Shown here: in pieces, positions 59,385 through 64,000 of the stretch | How the letters are laid out: each line of letters begins with the position of its first letter | How positions within the stretch are numbered: position 1 is the stretch's first letter | From: an uncultured Armatimonadetes bacterium | Lineage (GTDB): Bacteria > Armatimonadota > Hebobacteria > Hebobacterales > Hebobacteraceae | Direction of reading: 5' to 3' | Length of the DNA stretch: 64,000 bases | NCBI GenBank assembly: GCA_963716175.1 | Contig: OY970296.1 | Location: 2,656,001-2,720,000 of the forward strand | The notes under the pieces: generated by a model | The model's database searches: none | What the model was told of the DNA's origin: nothing | Seen by the model: only the letters and a program-made list of their open reading frames with translations | Position numbers and translations under genes: made by a program

Positions 59385-60083
59385 ATGACCGTGCGACTAG
59401 AGCAGCCGAGAGTCCGTCTGCGCTGCCTGGTAGTGGCGGCCTCCCCTTCGCCCTTGCTGCGACAGGGGCTGCGGCAGCTGCCGCGCGTGGACCCAGCGCT
59501 GGCGCTGGTGGGGGAGGCGCGGAGCGGAGAAGAGGTGCTGGCCCTGCTGGCCCGGTCCCAGCCGGACGTGCTGCTGCTGGACTCGGAACTACCCGGCGTG
59601 GCCGATCTTGAGCTGCTCAGGCAGGTGCTGTCAGAGCATGCCGGCCTGCGGGTGTTGGTCTTGCTGGGAGCCGAGCCGCCGGATCATTACCTGGGACAGG
59701 CGGCCGCCTCCGGCGCCACTGGGTTCGTGCTCAGAAACGCGGATCTTGCCCTGCTCGCCAAGGCGCTGCGGGCAGTGGCGGTCGGTCGCACCTGGCTCCA
59801 GCGGGAGCTGACCGACAGGCTCTTACGCGACTATGCGATTGCTAGCTCGCCGGCAGTGCACACTCCCGGGGTTGCCCTCAGCCGCCGCCAGCGCCAAGTG
59901 CTCGATCTGCTGGCCCAGGGGCTGCGCACCCGCGACATCGCCCGTCAACTGGCCATCTCCGAGAAGACCGTGAAGGCCCACCTCACCGGGCTGTTCCGCA
60001 AGCTGGGCGTGAGCAACCGGTGCGCAGCGGTCTGCTTCGCGCTCCGCCGGGGGTTGGTTCGCGCCGGGCTGCGAGGAGCCTGA
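59385..60083 (+). CDS. NarL/LuxR-family response regulator with atypical receiver
   Basis: LSRRQRQVL..LAQG....IA..L.ISEKTVKAHL HTH; VGEA, PDVLLLD receiver; GAGGAG RBS. Confidence 0.9.
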   Translation: MTVRLEQPRVRLRCLVVAASPSPLLRQGLRQLPRVDPALALVGEARSGEEVLALLARSQPDVLLLDSELPGVADLELLRQVLSEHAGLRVLVLLGAEPPDHYLGQAAASGATGFVLRNADLALLAKALRAVAVGRTWLQRELTDRLLRDYAIASSPAVHTPGVALSRRQRQVLDLLAQGLRTRDIARQLAISEKTVKAHLTGLFRKLGVSNRCAAVCFALRRGLVRAGLRGA

Positions 60084-60501
60084 TCGGCCCATCTGCTAGC
60101 TGTTCAGTTGCCAGTCGGGAAAGCAAGCGGAGCGTCCGCAGAACTCTCTCAGGAGCGGCCCAGGGAGTGACATGCTTGGCCTCCCGGCCATGAGCTGAAC
60201 AGTTGCCCCATCTTGCCGGGCTTGCCCTTATCTCGACTGCGTGGTACCATGCGGAGCACGATTGCCGCAGTACGGCGAAGCACATTCCCCCCTGCTCAGA
60301 AGGGACCAATCGGGGCCTTGGCGCCTCGGGTCTCGGGACCGCTCTGACGTCAGAGCGAGGAGGAGCAGATAGGGGGGTGGCGAACTGGAGGCCTGCTCCC
60401 TCGGCTGCGCTCGGAGCAGGCCTGAGCGCAGCCGCAGGGGGGGGCGCGTTAGGCTGGGCGGCAGGGCGCCTCAGACGTTCTGCCTAGCAGGGGCATGGTT
60501 G

Positions 60502-61920
60502 ATGAAGCTCGGGGACGTGGAACTGGAGTTCCGGGCTGACCGCGTTGCTATCGTCCAGGGCACCGAGAACCCGACGGTGCGGGTCTGGTTCTCGCTTCGG
60601 CCCACCGCGTCCCAGTCGGTTGGCCGCCAGCCAGCCACCGTTACCGTGCTGCTGGACTGCAGCGGCACCATGCGCAGCTTCCGCATGAACGAGGAGGAGG
60701 CCAGGCGCTGGATCCAGACCGCGCGCGAGCGCTCCGAGCTGCGGCTAGTCGAGTCCGACCGGCGAACCGTGCATCAGCTAACCGGGCAAACCCTGCAGGA
60801 TGTTCGCACCTCGGCCCGCTGCTCCCTCGCGGTGGCAGCCTCGGCGCTGGAGAAGATGGCGGCCGAACTGCACGACAGCGATGTCTGCTGTCTGGTCGGG
60901 TTCGCCACCAGGGCTGGCATCTTGCACGACGGAAGGCGCAGGCTGCGCCGCCAGTCACTCCAGGACGTACTGCACCGGATTCAGGAGGACCCGGCTTCCC
61001 CCGGCCTGGGCGACGATACCCGCATGCAAGAGGCCACCCGGATTGCCGCGACCATGTTGAAGGGCGACCCCAGCGCCCGGCGGGTCCGCCGCCTGATCGT
61101 GATCACCGATGGCATCATCCAGGATGACGTGGATACCCTCCGGGAACTGGAGGAGATCCGCAATGAGAAGATCGGGGTTACCACCATCGGTGTTGGGCAG
61201 GAGTTCAACGAGGAGTTTCTGACCCGGGTCGCGGATTGGACCGGAGGCACCTACCACTACGCCCGGACCGCGGAGGAGATCGAGAAGCGGCTGGCAGAGG
61301 ATTTCGGCGTCTTCCAGTCCATCGCCGGGACCGACCTGACGGTCTCGGCCCGGGGGCTGGAGGGCGCGGTGGTAACAGCCGTGACGCAGCTCACCCCGCA
61401 GACCCGGATGTTCGAGGAAGTGCGACTGAGGGATGATTGGTACCAGGTGGAGGTGGGAGATGTCTACGGGGGTACGGGCCTGGGCCTGATGAGCGAGTTC
61501 TCGCTGCCCTGGCTCTCGACAGGCAAGCACACGGTGGGCGAAATCCAGCTGGAGTGGCGGGACCCCGAGACCCGTGCCACTACCAAGGGCGGGCATCTGG
61601 TCCACGTGGACTGCCTGGCCCCCAACTCCCCCGGTCCTGCCGTTGATCCCGAGGTGGAGGGGATGTTCTTCCGGCTTCAGGTCTACCGCGCAGAGCGCCA
61701 TGCCCAGTGGGCCCAGGAGAGCGGGCGCCCGGGCGCGGCCACCGTGCGCCTGCGGGAGGCGAGCACTATCCTGCGGCATCTGGGCGAGCCCGAGCTGGCC
61801 GAGCGGTTCGAGCAGCAGGCCGCGGACATCGAGGCCGAGCATCCGGACTCGGACCGCACGAAGACTCTCAAGGACTGGGTGCGCCGCCTGGCGCAGCGCA
61901 AGGAAGAGGAACGGGAGTAG
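60502..61920 (+). CDS. VWA domain protein
   Basis: MIDAS LLDCSGTM, ITDG, IGVGQEFNE, GG.Y; helical C-terminus. Confidence 0.85.
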   Translation: MKLGDVELEFRADRVAIVQGTENPTVRVWFSLRPTASQSVGRQPATVTVLLDCSGTMRSFRMNEEEARRWIQTARERSELRLVESDRRTVHQLTGQTLQDVRTSARCSLAVAASALEKMAAELHDSDVCCLVGFATRAGILHDGRRRLRRQSLQDVLHRIQEDPASPGLGDDTRMQEATRIAATMLKGDPSARRVRRLIVITDGIIQDDVDTLRELEEIRNEKIGVTTIGVGQEFNEEFLTRVADWTGGTYHYARTAEEIEKRLAEDFGVFQSIAGTDLTVSARGLEGAVVTAVTQLTPQTRMFEEVRLRDDWYQVEVGDVYGGTGLGLMSEFSLPWLSTGKHTVGEIQLEWRDPETRATTKGGHLVHVDCLAPNSPGPAVDPEVEGMFFRLQVYRAERHAQWAQESGRPGAATVRLREASTILRHLGEPELAERFEQQAADIEAEHPDSDRTKTLKDWVRRLAQRKEEERE

Positions 61921-61946
61921 CTACAGGCCCTGCCCTGCCGCGCCGG

Positions 61947-63533
61947 TCAGCCCCTGAACAGGCGGCGGCCGATCTCGTGCCAGAATCCGGTGCGGACTCG
62001 CAGGGTCAGCCGGACCCCCGTCTGAGAGATGCCGGACTCAGCCCGGAATGACACTAGCAGACTGTGAATGCCGCTGCGCAGCTCCCGCGCCAGAGGCCGG
62101 ATAGAGAACTCCACCTCACTATCTGGCTCGAGAAGGCATTCGGTCGGCGCCACCTGGACCAGTCCGGGGCGGGAGACCTGCACCCACACGCGCTCCCCGG
62201 TTCCACCTTGGTTGCGAACCTTCACCGTCATTCGCTGCACCGTCTCGCGGGTTACCGTCAGGCTGGCCTCGGTGGGGCTGGCAACCAGGGCGATCGGGGT
62301 GCGGGGCCGGCGGCGGAACCGGCAGGTGACCAGAAGGTCGCCCTGGGGCGTGCTCACCAGGATCTCGCCCTGCTCGGCCTGCCCCGAGGAGGGGCGGGCG
62401 TCGGCCACTACCCGCACGGCCTGGACGTTACCGTCAAAGGCGAGCTCCGACACTCGGCTGCCATCGGGGCGCCGAAAGGCCAGACTGGGCTGGAGCGCGC
62501 GCACCGTGCCGGACAGGGACCCGCCCCCGGCGTTGGTGATCACCAGGGTATGCTCCACCTCTCCCCGGCCGGCCGAGAGGTCGAGGTCAACCTCTTGCTC
62601 CCGGAGCGCCGGCCTCGGCGGGATCATCTGCTGCAGGTCGAGCAGCAATTCCTGGGCTGAGGGATATCGGCCCTCGGGATCCAGGCTCAAGGCCTTCCCC
62701 GCCGGACCCGCTAGCTCCACTGCCCGTTGGGCGATCTCCCGCACCGCCTCCTCGATCAGCAGCGGGTTCCGGGCGTCAATATCATCTTGCTTGAGCTGGC
62801 GATTGGTGATGAGCTCATGGATGGTGCAGCCGAGGGCGAACACGTCGAGCCGGTAGTCGGAGGTGACGACATCGGACTCCACCATCTCGCGCAGTTCCGG
62901 CGCCATGTAGCCGGGCGTGCCTGCGATCTGGGAGGCGGTTCCGTCTATGAAGGCCTGCGCCGGCCCGCCCTGGGTGACCGGGCGCAGCTTCTGGCCGGCA
63001 GGCGCGCCGGCAAAGCGCGCCGAGCCCAGATCGAGCAGCATCGCCAGGCCAGTGGCCCCTACCTTCACGTTCGCTGGCTTCACATCGTGATGGACTACAC
63101 CGTGACCATGGAGTGAGGCCAGGGCGCGCGCGAGCTGGAGGGCGAGCGGGCCCACCTCGGAGGGCGGCATCGGTCCCTCCTGGGCGAGGCGATCCCTCAG
63201 CGACTCCCCCTGGATGAACTCCAGCACCAGGTAGTGCATGCCGTCCTGGGAGAAGGCCTCGATCAGGTCCGGCAGGTGGGGATGCAGGCGAAGGCCCCAG
63301 AGCACATCCCGTTCGTGCAGATAGAGGTCGCGGACGTACTCCCGCTCGCTGACCGTGCTGCCGGGGACGAACTCCTTCAGCGCCAGGGCCACCTGCTTGC
63401 TGGACGTGGCGGCGTAGACCACCGCGTACCCGCCTTCGCCGATGACCTCGCCAACGCGGTAGCTGTCCTGTCCTCTCAGGGTCTGACCCGCCAGCAGAAC
63501 AGTGCGGTCATACTTACGGCGGCGAGTCTGCAT
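61947..63533 (-). CDS. Ser/Thr protein kinase with C-terminal Ig-like (BACON-like) domains
   Basis: IGEGGYAVVY, ALKE, HHDVKPAN, DLG, GTPGYMAPE, DVFALG; ITNAGGGSLSG. Confidence 0.92.
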   Translation of the reverse strand: MQTRRRKYDRTVLLAGQTLRGQDSYRVGEVIGEGGYAVVYAATSSKQVALALKEFVPGSTVSEREYVRDLYLHERDVLWGLRLHPHLPDLIEAFSQDGMHYLVLEFIQGESLRDRLAQEGPMPPSEVGPLALQLARALASLHGHGVVHHDVKPANVKVGATGLAMLLDLGSARFAGAPAGQKLRPVTQGGPAQAFIDGTASQIAGTPGYMAPELREMVESDVVTSDYRLDVFALGCTIHELITNRQLKQDDIDARNPLLIEEAVREIAQRAVELAGPAGKALSLDPEGRYPSAQELLLDLQQMIPPRPALREQEVDLDLSAGRGEVEHTLVITNAGGGSLSGTVRALQPSLAFRRPDGSRVSELAFDGNVQAVRVVADARPSSGQAEQGEILVSTPQGDLLVTCRFRRRPRTPIALVASPTEASLTVTRETVQRMTVKVRNQGGTGERVWVQVSRPGLVQVAPTECLLEPDSEVEFSIRPLARELRSGIHSLLVSFRAESGISQTGVRLTLRVRTGFWHEIGRRLFRG

Positions 63534-63897
63534 CCTGGGCCCCTGCCAGGTGGACAGTGAGCACGGAGAGCCGCCCTACGGCCACGCGGTCGCCTTCCTT
63601 CAGCGAGCGGGGTTGGCCCACCGATAGCCGTTCCCCGTTCAGCCAGGTGCCATTGGTGCTGCCCTTGTCCACAAGCGATGCCGTGCCGCCGGTCCAGCGG
63701 ATTTCCGCGTGCTGGCGAGAGACAGAGTCGTCTGGGCTCAGGTCAACGTCCGGGGGCTGGGGCTGCGCGGGATCGGCGCGACCAATGGTCACGACAGGGG
63801 TGGAGAAGCGCATCTCGCGCCGAGACGTGCCTACCCGCACATCCAGTCGCAGCTGACCAGCTTGTGGCCCGGACTTCTCGCCTGACATCTGCACCAC
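63514..63897 (-). CDS. FHA domain protein
   Basis: IGR, VSRQHA, DKGSTNGTWLNG; overlaps the kinase start. Confidence 0.92.
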   Translation of the reverse strand: MVQMSGEKSGPQAGQLRLDVRVGTSRREMRFSTPVVTIGRADPAQPQPPDVDLSPDDSVSRQHAEIRWTGGTASLVDKGSTNGTWLNGERLSVGQPRSLKEGDRVAVGRLSVLTVHLAGAQDADSPP

Positions 63898-64000
63898 TCC
63901 CTCGGCCGTGTCATCCCGTTCTGGCCGGCGCTGGACAAGGGAGTTCTGAGAAACCTGAGCGGAATCCTTCCCGGGAACGCCAGCGCTCCGTCGAAGTCGG

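Noticed and set aside
60084-60490. ORFs 59983-60309 and 60203-60487
   Set aside because: Low-complexity translations with no RBS or motif support
1-64000. Many long antisense or overlapping ORFs (e.g. 16719-18245, 22203-23477, 33604-35013, 46232-47746)
   Set aside because: Shadow ORFs expected in high-GC DNA; they overlap well-supported genes and show no recognisable motifs
1-64000. CRISPR array, tRNA, rRNA, integrase or transposase
   Set aside because: No regularly spaced repeat-spacer array, cloverleaf or recombinase motif seen; the palindromes are dispersed, not arrayed

Overview
GC-rich bacterial chromosome segment. The gene content suggests a Terrabacteria lineage such as Armatimonadota, but that is an unverified inference. 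No rRNA, tRNA, CRISPR array or intact transposase was seen. Housekeeping and metabolic genes: 3' end of ftsH, valS under a Val(GUC) T-box, a split transketolase, uronate isomerase and a divergent ilvC. Signalling genes: two histidine kinases, a REC-GGDEF cyclase, a NarL-type regulator and an FHA/Ser-Thr kinase/VWA trio. Secreted enzymes: two very large heparinase II/III-like proteins and a subtilase. Two accessory clusters stand out. (1) A 13-kb sulfate-activation locus (26.1-39.1 kb) holds sat and cysC, four NPP-type alkaline-phosphatase-superfamily proteins, two Thr-type sulfatase-like proteins, an EMC3/DUF106-like membrane protein and a 63-aa protein. It has no reductase or classical sulfotransferase, and four of its proteins, from three unrelated folds, end in the same acidic-(R/A)L(R/Q)xLGY(L/I) tail. 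This is the best candidate for an undescribed system, possibly an envelope sulfation relay. (2) A GT4/GH57 alpha-glucan operon (41.7-51.4 kb) in which one GT4 and one GH57 each have an apparently catalytically dead paralog. The window also carries GTAG- and CTAG-type REP-like palindromes, with one GTAG copy and one other palindrome lying in frame inside genes, and a gspE/pilB relic. Four single-base frameshifts in G/C runs are probably assembly errors. All assignments come from motif recognition by eye; no searches were run.
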